DNA from: Felis catus
Lineage: Eukaryota
Assembly: GCF_018350175.1 (NCBI RefSeq)
Contig: NC_058382.1
Coordinates: 61,196,001 to 61,260,000 of the forward strand
Length of the DNA stretch: 64,000 nt
Reading direction: 5' to 3'
Of the stretch, positions 14,250 through 26,500 are shown piece after piece (position 1 is the first letter of the stretch; every line of letters begins with the position of its first letter). Position numbers and translations under genes: made by a program. The notes below the pieces were generated by a model. It saw only the letters and a program-made list of their open reading frames with translations. It had not been told where the DNA came from and did not search any database.

Positions 14250-14480
14250 TTTCAGACAGTCCACAACCTACAAATGGTTTTACATTTGTATCTCATTCAA
14301 AAAACGTATTTTGTGACCACAAAAATTACATGAAATTCAAATTTCAGTGTCAGTAAGTAAAGTTTTATTTGAACACAGCAGGTGTATTTGTTTATATGTG
14401 GTCTGTGGTCCTTTCATGAATTGAGAAGGTGGTCCACAAATGTAAAATATTTACTATCTGACCCCTGACTGAAAACCTTT
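14250..14480. mobile_element. MER58B-like DNA transposon remnant
   Basis: aaaattacatgaaattcaaatttcagtgtc..taaagttttatttgaacacagc...aaaatatttactatctgaccc. Confidence 0.7.
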
Positions 14481-14507
14481 AAACACAAATTTAAAAAGAC
14501 AAGTCTA

Positions 14508-14993
14508 AGGGCACCTGGGTGGCTCAGTGGGTTAAGCACCTGACTCCTGATTTCAATTCAGGTCACCATCTCACAGTTTGTGGGTTCGAGCCCTTCATCA
14601 GGCTCCGTGCTCACAGCACGGAACCTGCTTGGGATTCTCTGTCTCCCTGTCTCTCCACCCCCTCCCATGCTAGTGCTCTCTCTCTCTCTGAAAATAAGTA
14701 AATAAAAATTTTGAAAATAATAAAAATAAAAAGACAAGTCTGCATATTGAAAGAGCTACTGAATAATGAGCAGTATGAAAATGTCAAATCCAAGCCCTGA
14801 TGGTCATGAAATTTCAGACTCCCTCAGATACACAGAAAATCAGGTCGTCTGGGGGGGCTCAGTCAGTTAAGCGTCCGACTCTTGATTTCAGCTCAGCTCA
14901 TGATCTCACAGTTTCGTGAGTTGGAGCCCCACATGGGCTCTGCACTGACAGCAAGGAGTCTGCTTGGGATTCTCTCTGTCCCTCCCCCTCTGC

Positions 14994-15035
<42 letters not shown>

Positions 15036-15055
15036 ATAAATAAATAAACTTTAAG
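14508..15055 (+). mobile_element. Two CAN-SINEs (14508-14730, 14843-15055)
   Basis: SINE head and tail; TSD aaaagacaagtct around the first copy. Confidence 0.85.
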
Positions 15056-15857
15056 GGGAAAAAACCCACTCCTGTAAATTTTCCATAAAATCCTAAAAGA
15101 TTACCTACAAAGGTTTACAAATCAGATTGGCGACAGACTTCTCTCAACAGCAGATGCTCTGTGTCAGAGAACAAAGATCGGCGAAGTTTTAATATCAAGA
15201 ACAAGAGAGCGACTGTGTCCCTCTGCGGGGCCCTAGTTCCTGCCCATACACCTCAGCGGAAAGCTGGAGCCCAGAACAGCTGGGCCAGCAGGTGGCTGAC
15301 CATCGCCCCTCCCCCACGAGTCCACAGCAAGACAAAGGAAAACCCTCTACAGAGCATCTGGCAACAAGCACATGTTTCTTGTTTACTCCCAAGATTCCCC
15401 ATCTCCAGAAAGAAGCCTACTCAGCTGCACAGTCACCAGTGACACTTTCAAAAATGTCAGCATGCTGACAACAGGACAAGAATGAGGTTATATCAGCATA
15501 AACTCAACACCGTGTCCAGAAAAAGATGCTGGCAAGACATGCGCCACTAGCCGTAAGGCAGATACCTCATGCTAACGTATGAAGAACACGTAAATGCCCC
15601 TTTCTGTAACTAGCCCAAGTTTGCTGACAGTTCAATTCTCCGAAGAAGAAATTATTCTCCCATTTATCTTAAAACCTGAAAGCCTTACTTCTTAAGCTCC
15701 TCGCTAAGCTTCACTCTGGTCATCAGTAAAATAGAAATCATCCTGCTGACCACACAAAACCATGGGGGGGGGGGGGGGGGAGACGGGGGAGAATGCATAC
15801 AATTAAGTACCCGGCAAACATTAACATTACTGTTGATTAAAAACTAAACAAATTTTT

Positions 15858-16066
15858 GGGGCGCCTGGGTGGCGCAGTCGGTTAAGCGTCTGACTTCAGC
15901 CAGGTCACGATCTCGCGGTCCGGGAGTTCGAGCCCCGCGTCAGGCTCTGGGCTGATGGCTCAGAGCCTGGAGCCTGTTTCCGATTCTGTGTCTCCCTCTC
16001 TCTCTGCCCCTCCCCCGTTCATGCTCTGTCTCTCTCTGTCCCAAAAATAAATAAACGTTGAAAAAA

Positions 16067-16100
<34 letters not shown>
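15858..16100 (+). mobile_element. Young SINEC_Fc with long A tail
   Basis: Near-consensus body; TSD aaaactaaacaaatttt on both sides. Confidence 0.93.
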
Positions 16101-16106
<6 letters not shown>

Positions 16107-16899
16107 AAATTTTGGAAGAAAATCACACTGACATGGGGGAGGGGGGGGGAGTTACCTGCTCTCCAAGCTTAGGGGCCACAACAAGTACTCAGTTAACATC
16201 TTGATACTGATAAATTCAGCATCAAAAGGCAGGGACCAGATTGGAGGCACCAGCGCCCACACTTACACAAAGCCACAAACAGTGCGTGCTCACATCCGCT
16301 GTGCACACACAGATACACAGTCGAGCACAGCATCAGGGATAATAGTGCGTGTTTATACACATGAGGTAGACAGACCTGTGTTCCCTGCCACCATGTTCTT
16401 TAACACTTCACAACACTGTTACCGGGAAACCTAGCAAAGATCTGCTAATTCGGTCCTGTTCACCTGAAAAGGAGAACCAAAGCGGAGAAACGCACATTTG
16501 TTAGGATAATTAGAGCAAAATAAGAGGATCTGGGCGTCTGCTCCTCACCCGCACTGGCCCACCGGCCGCACTGGCCCACCGGCCGCACTGGGACTCTGAA
16601 GCACCTCCTGCCAACGGGTGAGTGGTGGGACCCAGCTCACTCCCCTTCCGTCCAGGCTGGCCTCGGGACTTGTGACCAGAAGCATGAGGCAGAAGTGACG
16701 CTCTGCAGGTCTTACGGCCCCGACTCTCGTCCTTCCACGGTTCTTAGGAACACAGCAGCTTCCACTGCATGGGGAACCCAGGCCCCGCCGCTGGACGACG
16801 GCAGGCACACGGCTGATCACCCAGCCACCAGCCAGCCGTCTAGACAGCTAAGTGGCTTTGAACCCTGGAAGACAAGACCGGCTTAACATCTGAGAAAGA

Positions 16900-18590
16900 A
16901 TCAACGCTCTTCACGTATTTACAAACCAAAAAAGCAAAACCATACAATCAACTAAGTATATGCAAAAAGCTTTGGATATAATCCAACATCCATTCCTGAG
17001 AAAAACTCTGCAAACGTGGAATAAAAGGGAACTTCTCCACCGGATGAAGTGCACCTCTGAAAACCCTACCCTGCCATTACAGGTAATGGTGCGAAGCTAG
17101 CACTCCCCTCCCACAGTAAGAAGTGAGCCTCAGACTGAGCCTCAGACGCAGGTCTAGTCTCCCCACATCTGCCCAACACTGTGCTGGAAACTCCAGTCAG
17201 GGCAGTCAGATCAAAAAAAAAAAAAAAAAAAAAGAAGGGGCGCGTGGCTGGCTCAGTCGGTGGAGCACGTGACTTTTAATCTCAGGGTCGTGAGTTCAAG
17301 CCCCATGGCGGGCGTGGAGCCTGCTTAAAATAAAAATGAAAGGTATCCAGATTAGAAAGGAAGAAGAAAAACAGACTTCATTTGTGAACCACAACATCAT
17401 CGATATAGAAAAACCAACGGGGTCTACTAGAAAGCCACTAGAAGTGGCACGCCTGGGTGGCTCAGGCAGTTCAGCATCTGACTCTTGATTTCGGCTCAGG
17501 TCATGATCTCACGGTTCGTGAGTCTGAGCCCCACGTTGGGCTCTCTGCTGTCAGCACAGAGCCCGCTTCAGATCCTCTCTCTCTCTTAAAAATAAAGATC
17601 AAAACAAAACAAAACAAAAAAAGCCACTGGAACTAGTGAGTTTAGTGTGGTTGTAGGATACAAAATCATTTTTCTTAAATTGACACCTGTACTAGTGCCA
17701 AAATAATCAGAAAACAAGTTTAAGTGCCATTTGCAACAATGTCACAGCGTGAAACACCTTACGAATAAATGTAACAAAAGACGTGCAAGACTCCAACACT
17801 AAACACGGAAGCGGGGGACTGCAGCCCACTGACTTCAACGGGAAGATGTGTTGTGGTCAGGGGGAAGTCTCAACAGCCGCACCAGACCAGCTCTCTGCAA
17901 CCCAGCCAGGCAAGGCTATCCCCCTCCAGGTCCCGGCAGGCTCACCTCTACAGCCGCCCAGCCACTAAGCTGTAACCTGGAACTAATTAACCCTCTGTGT
18001 CAGCTACACTTCAATTAAAAAAAGAAAACTCCCAGCAGGCTTTTTTGTGTATTTTGACATATTGATTCTAATATTCGTACGGAAATGTGAAAGACCTAAA
18101 GTAACCAAACAACTTTGAAAAAAAAGAAAACACAAGCTTGAGGACTGATATTCCCAGACTTCAAGGCTTATTATAAAGCTACCAACATGGTGACACCATG
18201 CCATGACAAGGACAGAAATCGATGGGACAGAAGAGAGTGTCCAGAAACAGATCCACCTGCATACGGACAGCTGATTTTTGACAAAGACACAAAAGGCAAC
18301 AGAGAAAGAAATGATTCCATTTATATAAATGCTAAAAACTTCTGGAAATTTTATAAATTTTATAAATCAATTATAGAAAACACAAAGTATTCTACAGCCG
18401 CAGAAAGTAGACTGGGGGCAAGACAGGGCAGGGTGGGAGGGAGGGATTATGAAGGGTTCCCGAGAAACTTTCTAGGATGATAAATATATCATTATCTCCA
18501 CTGTGGTACATAAATATGCCAAAATTTACCAAATTGTATACTTTAAGAAGGAGTTTATTGTATGACTGTACCTGAATAAAGCTAGTAAAA
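16900..18590 (+). mobile_element. Fragmented L1 ORF2/3'UTR with nested SINEs (17237-17335, 17447-17620)
   Basis: ORF2-like text: aaaagctttggatataatccaacatccattcctga; ccagacttcaaggcttattataaagcta; cagctgatttttgacaaag. Confidence 0.8.
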
Positions 18591-18729
18591 AAACAAAAAC
18601 AAACAAACAGTAGTTACCAAGCATCAAATGTCACCCTTGGCAAAGCAAGCCAGGAGGAAAAAAATAAAATTATTATTTAGGGCTATATGCAGTCACTGTG
18701 CTAGCTGCTTTAACAGTCATTCGCACATT

Positions 18730-20800
18730 TATTGTTTTTTTATTTATTTGGGGGGGAGGGGATGGCACACACACACAGAGCAGGGGCATAGAGAAGGGGT
18801 GGGGGGAGAGAGAGGGAGAGGGAGGGAATCCCAAGCAGGCTCTGGACTCGGGGCTCAAACTCACCAAACCGTGAAATCATGACCTGAGCCAAAGTCAAGA
18901 GTCAGAGGCTTAACTGACTGAGCCCCCCAGGCACCTGGTCATTAGCGCATTTAATCAGGAAAAAAAAAAAAAAAAAAAAAGAAGCCCGGAGAGGCAGATA
19001 TAATTCCACTTCTTACAAGAAAAGCAAGAGGGGCATTTGGCTGGCTCAGTTGGTGGAACAGGAGACATGTTTTCTTTTTAGTGTTTGTTTATTTTTGAGA
19101 GAGAGAGAGAGAGAGAGACAGAGTGTGAGCAGGGGAGGGGCACAGAGAGAGGGAGACACAGAATCCGAAGCCGGCTCCAGGCTCTGAGCCGTCAGCACAG
19201 AGCCCGACGCGGGGCTCGAACCCACGAACCCCAAGACCATGACCTGAGCGAAAGTCGGACGCTCCACTGACTGAGCCACCCAGGTGCCCCTCTGAGCATG
19301 TGATTAGAGCAGGCCAAGGAAAACCCTGGGCTCAGCTCCACAAGGACCACAAGAGCAAACACACTGCCCGACAGCCCTGAGGAGCCCAACAGGAAGAGCG
19401 TGCTCTACCAGAGGCTGGCCTGTGAGAAAGGTTCAGGCCGCCGTGGAGATGTTTAAGGTACAAGCAACTGCCCAACTCGGGCCCCAGTTCACACGCAGCG
19501 CCACACAGAAGGACAAGGACAACCGTCGGCAGTGTACCGTAAGCACTTACGCCCTAACCATCGGGCCCTGTCCCCGAGCACACGGCAGCTGGCCACCAGC
19601 ACCGGGCAACGTATCTTCACCCAGCACAACAATGCACGTTTTATCCTGATTTTTCAAAAACTGTATTTACTCTCTGCCAAAGGGTACGTGAGCAGTAAAC
19701 CAAACGTGATTAGCACCGCTTCCCACTTAGCAGGCATAAGGCATCGCAAGTCAACACACAAGCCTCTGTAAGAGCAGAGGCCCACCTGCCCCCATGCGAG
19801 GCCTCCTCCAGTCTGACACCCAGGTGACTTCTTGTAAAGGCGCTCCCCACGGAGAAGGAGCCCCTCAGGATCACGGACAGAAACATCAAATGGCACCGTG
19901 TTTCAGGGTTCTAAGTCCAAGAGGACGTCTGCCATCCGTATTCCGAGGCTGAAATTGCAGACAAGCACTCCCAGAGCACAGAGCAACAGCTAAAAGGAAG
20001 CAAGAACGGGAGACAAGCAAGGACGTGGCCTTGATTCTCCAAGTTCCAAATACGGACACCACCTATGCTTTTATTTTTGCACAAAAAAGGAGAGGGTGCC
20101 CACCTCTAAGTTAGGTGCAGTATTGGGGAGAGCCAGGCAATGACTATGAGAACGAACTTCAGACTCACACAACAAACCCAGCTGTGAAAATAAGTAGATT
20201 TACTGACACTCAAAGCAAATGAAAAGCAAGAGGGTCAAGGCTGCCAGAGCCCAGGACTCACAAACACACCGCTTCCCTCTCAGTTCCCTCTTGAAGGCTT
20301 GCTATGCGGTGATGCTGTTTCGCGAGGGGCCTGCCCACCAGGAGTGTGCCAAGCCCCGTGCCTGGTGTCTGCAGGCAGGGAAGACACCTAAGGAAGACGG
20401 TAACACAAAACCCTAAGTTATTACCAGAGAGTGGGGCAGAGGGCACCAGTCTTGCCAAGTGGGGGCAGAAGTCACACACGAGGAGGAAGCTAAGCCAGGA
20501 GACCAAGAAGGCTGCCTTGGAAGCTGAGGCCGGAAGGGTGAGTGTGCACTACCGGGAAAAGTGGGGAGCAGAGAATTCCAGGCAGAAGCCACACCATTTA
20601 GGGGCGCCTGGGTGGCTCTGCTGGCTGAATGTCCAACTCTGGATTTCAATTCAGGTCATGATATCACAGTTCATGAGATCGAGCCCTGTGCCAGCTCTGG
20701 GCTGACAGTGCACAGCCTGCTTGGGATTCTCTCTCTCCCTCTCTCTCCCTCCTCCCCTGTTGGGTTGCCCTCTCTCTCTCTCTCTCTCTAAACTTAAAAG
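18730..20800. mobile_element. CAN-SINEs (18730-18935 -, 19070-19290 -, 20600-20800 +)
   Basis: SINE head, (CT)n and tail motifs. Confidence 0.85.
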
Positions 20801-21329
20801 GAAAAAGAGAGAGAGCAACAGAGACAAATGGCCAATGCTGTCCAAAAGGCCTCTGAGCATGCTCCCCACCAAAGGTCCCACACACTCCACAGAGCCCAGG
20901 CTGGAACAGCAGGACATCGGCGTGGCTAGAGCAAACGGACAGCCTGGACTTACTCCTAAGCCTAACCCACTGTCACCCCACTGCCTGGAGAAAGACAAGG
21001 GGCAGTTTGGTTCACTTGGCTCGGAGCCTGGCATTCCACGGGCCCTGCCCAGCTGGCTCACTGACCACACCCATCATCTGCTCTTTACCACAAACCTGCC
21101 CGACAGGAGACACAGGGAAAATGTCAGCAGGTAGCAGGGCAAGCATCCAGTTCAATCCAAACTCTCTTCTCACCCAACCTGTGGCCATCAGTCTCGGTCC
21201 TACTCTCACCCGTGCAGGCGGGCCCGACAGCACAGAGAACAGAACAAGCAATCGGGGGAGAGCGTGCCAAAACAGATGCCACCCAAGACCGGCACGCCAG
21301 AATCTAGGGACTGAGAGCTCTAAAAAGCA

Positions 21330-21905
21330 CCCCGTCCCAATGGCACCCCAGATGGCCCACAGACCCTAAGAAGACCCCACCTCTGAGTGGAGTCACTTCA
21401 CCGGAGAGTGGGTGGGACCCGTGACTTGCTTCTACCCAATGGAATATGGCAAAGGGTAGAGGATGTCTCTTCCTTGGTCAGGGGGACAGTGTGGCAGAGC
21501 CTAGCGTGTCGGCACCTCCATAATACCTCCTGTTCCGTGAGACCCCATCTTAGGCTGGAGCCCAAGACTCGCTACCTGTGAGAGGCTACAGGGCAAGTAA
21601 CTGCGGGGACCTCCCGGGACCAAGAGTGGGGACCTCCAGGTGGCGGCACAAAACAGGGACTTTACAACTGCAAGGAAATAAATTCTTCTGATGACCTCAG
21701 ACCACTCCCCGCCCCCGCCTCCATCTTCCACGGAGGCCACAATTCCACCTGACATCTGGACTGTGACCAAGTGGGACCAAGAACGGAGGACCCTGCTAAG
21801 GCATGCCTGGACTCCTGAGCTACAGAAACCGCCAGGTAATACCTGTGTATTGCTTTAAGCCACAACCCCCTGTGGTCACCTGTCCCGGGGCAGTAGGCAC
21901 AGAAC
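21330..21905 (+). mobile_element. MaLR solo LTR (MLT1E/F-like)
   Basis: gtgggtgggacccgtgacttgcttctacccaatggaatatggcaaag...tacaactgcaaggaaataaattct...gcctggactcctgagctacagaaacc...tgctttaagcca. Confidence 0.75.
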
Positions 21906-22249
21906 CCACCCGCACTACTCCACACGGCCTCCTTACCTACACAAATGACAGCTGGATACAGGCCTCTCAGCCGTGAATTTCAGGAGAATGTCATCAGAAC
22001 TTTAAGTCTCTGTTACAACACATGATTCAAACAAATTATGCCAACCGTGCTGAGACCAAGTTCTTCCTCACAGACCTCGTAGCTTGCAACAGCCACTGTA
22101 CTGCAAGGTTTTCTTAGTAAGTTAACAGAACGCTGCTCTCTGGGGTGGAATCTGCCACCTAAGGACAGTCCTAAGGACGACGCACAACAGATGAAAATCC
22201 ACTGGCTGACAGTTCACACACAAAAAATCTCATTTCAAATAGAACTTAA

Positions 22250-22468
22250 GGGGCGCCTGGGTGGCGCAGTCGGTTAAGCGTCCGACTTCAGCCAGGTCAC
22301 GATCTCGCGGTCCGGGAGTTCGAGCCCCGTGTGGGGCTCTGGGCTGATGGCTCAGAGCCTGGAGCCTGTTTCCGATTCTGTGTCTCCCTCTCTCTCTGCC
22401 CCTCCCCCATTCATGCTCTGTCTCTCTCTGTCCCAAAAATAAATAAACGTTGAAAAAAAAATTTTTTA
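22250..22468 (+). mobile_element. Young SINEC_Fc
   Basis: Near-consensus body; TSD aaat(a/c)gaacttaa. Confidence 0.92.
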
Positions 22469-23527
22469 AATCGAACTTAAATCTTCAAATTGAAGGCACT
22501 GATCGCCTTCCTCCCTGCTCGGCAGGGTGCAGGGCTCTCCCTGCCCTCTCTGGCTGCAGAGACATGAGGGTCTCAACTGGGGGGTTGGCTGTGGGGACTT
22601 GCACAACTCAGGCCAAATTCTAGCATGTCTTAGTTAACAGCGATTCTCAACAAACCCTCCTACCTGTGTCCTAAGAGAGGATCTTACAGGACAGGCAGAG
22701 AGGCTGGGAGACAGACGCACACACAGGAAGGAAACCCATGACCACTCAGCCAAAAAACAAAAGCCCCCAGCACTTAAGCTGGAGGGAAAGAAAATCACAC
22801 CGTTCTAACCATCCAGATCCCGAAACCTCTGTGACCAAACAGGGTGAGAGAAGAGGACAATTCGGGGCCCTCCCTCCCGATTCCCGCTGCGGAGAGCTGC
22901 AGCGGGTGAACAGGAAGGGTAACCCAGCACTTGATTAGCACTCACTACCACACCTTACTGTTTCCATAGCAACCAGAAAGAAACTGTACAGCAACCAGCT
23001 TTACATGAAAATCATTCTCCATTACAATGAAATGCTACAGTCAGGAGAAGCATTTTGATAAAGAACTAGATAAACATTGACAATAATGCTAGCTAGTCAC
23101 CATCCACACAACCAACCAATTATTCTAAAATAATTTTATGTTGTCCGCACCAGAAGTCTCAAAGCTATTTTATGAGTACTAAAACTGCTCTCAATGAAGT
23201 ACACCAGGTCCTCCACTTTTGCATCAGGGAGCAGGGTCAAAAGCTACCACAAAAGCAATCACAATCAAAATCAAGAGTACAACCAAATCAAACTTCTCAT
23301 CTTTCTTCTAACATCTACATCAAGCAAGAAATGCCCTCCAAAGCCTGAAAAGATAGAAGGGACATAAAGACCGCTGAGCAAAACAATGATGGAAAGATAG
23401 AAACGCAAATTCTGAGAAGAAAACAATTCTAGCCAATACTCTCTCACAGCAAGACACAAAATCACAAAGCCAACTCAGGTCCTGTCAACCTGCTGTCCAA
23501 AAATGGAATCAAATTCACAAGACCTTG

Positions 23528-26500
23528 AGGCCCCAGGGCCAGCTCAGTCAGTGGAGCATGCAACTCTTGATCCCGGGGCCTTGAGTTCAAGCCCTACGTG
23601 GGGTGTAGAGATGACTTAAAAAAATAAAATCTTGGGGCGCCTGGGTGGCTCAGTCGGTTGAGCATCTGACTTCAGCTCAGGTCATGATCTCATGGTTTGT
23701 GAGTTCGAGCCCCGCATCGGGCTCTGTGCTGACAGCTTGGAGCCTGGAGCCTGCTTCGGATTCTGTGTCTTCCTCTCTCTCTGCCTCCCCCCCTCCCCCC
23801 CCCCCCCCCCCCCCCCCCGCTCATGCTCTGCCTCTCTCTCTGTCAAAAATAAGTAAACATTAAAAAAAAATAAATAAAATCTTAACAAAAAAATTCAAAA
23901 GACCTTTTCTTCAACACCTGGAGAGCTAATTCTTGCTTGTCGCGATTCTTAATAACCCAGCCACACCCCGGAGGTAGAATCAGAAATCTGAATTGCAAGA
24001 CGGTTAACGTTAACATTTCATGTTACTCTCTGTTCTGAGCTTGTTTAAAGAACAGTAAAGCAACTTGCTTTGTAATGATATAATTATTATTTACATGTCA
24101 ACATGAGGAAGAAATACAAACAAAGCTGGCCAAACCAGGAGAGGCGTCTGGACCATGAGGGCCCACACCTGCCTCGGACGGACCAGGCGAGCAGGCCGAT
24201 CCTGACTCGGCAGGGCGGGGCTCTCCCAGCAGCAGCTGTGGATGGGGAGCCCTCCAGCTGCAGGGACTGGGCAGCCCAGGAAGACTCTTCTCCCTGTTCG
24301 CACACGGGGCGGGGTGGGTTCTTGTTCCCCCCAATGCCACTGTGACCACTGCCACTCCATGCACAAACAGAAGACGACAAAGGAGTCACCATCCACCACC
24401 TTCTTCCTTGACTTGGTATTCCTTCCCCAAATCCATTTGTGCTTCTGGAGACCAATCTCTGCCTTCAGAGAAGACAGTCCAAGAGAGACTTTCCCCTTCT
24501 TCCAGAACCAGATACGACCTTCAGCCGAGAACCATCCCCTGGCTTTGCAAGTGACTTGAGCCTCCCAAGCTGACATGGTTACACGACCCTTGTGGTCCAC
24601 AAGGGCTTTCACCATCATACAGACACGCAAACACACTACAATCATGGCAAATATGAATAACATTAACTGTTTAACCATTAATTTTTTCAGCTTTTCCTAG
24701 ACAGAAATAGAGAAATCTCTGTAAAATATACCCACCAAACACCGGTCCCTCAACGTATGAAACCTTTCCATCCATTCAGAAAGGATGACTGGTTTGACGT
24801 TCTCTCAAAAGTCAGAATTTTGACCCAAGGTCACTTGGAAACATGTAGAACACGAAGCAGTTAAATGGTCTTTAAAAATAAATTGAAAGCATTCATACAT
24901 CATTGGTGAACATGAGCCAGCACAATCTCAACTGAAAGCAATCTAGAAAATCAAAACAGAATTTTTTAAGTTTACTTATTTATCTGGAGAGAGAGCATGT
25001 GCCTACATGTGCTTGCGCCAGTGGAGGAGAGGCAGACAGAGCGGCAAGAGCGGCTCCCAAGCAGGCTCCTCGGGCTCAGCATGGAGCCGGACACGGGGCT
25101 CGAACTCTCGAACCACGAGATCGTGACCTGAGCCAAAATCCAGAGTTGGATGACCACCCGACTGGTTCACCGAGGCGCCCCTAACATCAAAATTTTAAAT
25201 ACCCATACCCCGTGACCTAGCAATTCTAGGAACGTAGCCACTAGATATGACTTACACACACATACAAAGATGTTCCTCTGTCACAGTAAGACGCGGGGAA
25301 CAAGGACACGCCGCCAGTAACAGGCAGGTTAAAGAAGCTGTGGCACATCCGCATCATGACGATGAGGGACAACGAAGCAGCTCCACACGTGTGAGTACGG
25401 AGTCGACACCCAGAGGAAGTGCACAAGAGCGAGCCTCTGCCTCCAGCACCTGCACCAAGCACTACACACGCTCAGCAGCGTGCATGCGCAAGGACCACCC
25501 CGCGGGGACACCCAAGGCGTGAAGCACTGGAAGGCCGAGGACCAGGAGCCAGACTTCCCGTGCCGGCCGACACAAAGAGAATCACAATCTGCAATGCGAA
25601 AAGTGAGCATAAAGACAAAAGCAGATAAGACCAAACTGCGTGAATATAAGAAAATATAAAATTTTAGCTCTCACGATAGAATCAACCTACATCACCATGC
25701 GGTCTTAACAACCCTAAGTACAGGGACTTCCGTTTTGTCCTATTTCACCTGAAAATTCTAGCCAACCTCTGTCAAATGTCAAGATTTTACTCTCCGTGTT
25801 ACTTATATATTCTCTATCATAAAAGTGGGCAAGACCTAAGCCATCTAACACACAAACATCTCTGTCTTTCATTCCTTTTTCCTTTTAATGTTTTTATTTT
25901 GAGAAACAGAGCATGAGCAGGGGAGGGGCAGAGAGAGAGGGAGACACAGACTCCCAAGCAGGCTCCAGGCTCCCAGCCCTCAGCACAGAGCCCGACGCGG
26001 GGCCTGAACCCACAAATGCGAGACTGTGATCTCGCTACCTGAGCCAAAGTCAGCCACTGAACCGACCGAGCCACCCAGGCGCCCCCGTCTTTCATTCTTC
26101 ACTCCTGTTTACTACCCGCACTGGAAACTGACACTGGAGCACACCCCACCCTCCTCCCCACACCTCGTCCTCTCCTCACTTCCCTAGGAACCTGGCCCTC
26201 TCAGAGGCATCAGAAGAACCGGGGCGTAGACCAGACATGGCCCTGACTTCACAGTCTCTCTGCAGACCCTTCCTCCTCTACAGGAGGACACACAACACAC
26301 ACTCACGTATGTGCACAGACTGGCACCCAAGAGCCGACTGGCGATCAGTAACGCGTGGAGCTCTTCAAGCTCAGAGCTAATCAAGGGTAAAACAGGAAAA
26401 ATGTGCGGAAGTCTACTCCATGAGCATCTATTAATGAAGACAAGCAGCTTAAGAAACAATGAGAACAAGGTTCTTTGGTCTCATCCATCATTGAAAGGAC

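Noticed and set aside
16549..16591. 17-bp tandem repeat ccgcactggcccaccgg x2.5
   Set aside because: Simple slippage duplication with no spacers; not CRISPR-like
17237..17335. tRNA-Lys-like sequences (also 3573, 23528, 27365, 35872, 39628, 58930)
   Set aside because: Short CAN-SINEs: ggggcgcc leader, degenerate anticodon arm and A-rich tail; not tRNA genes
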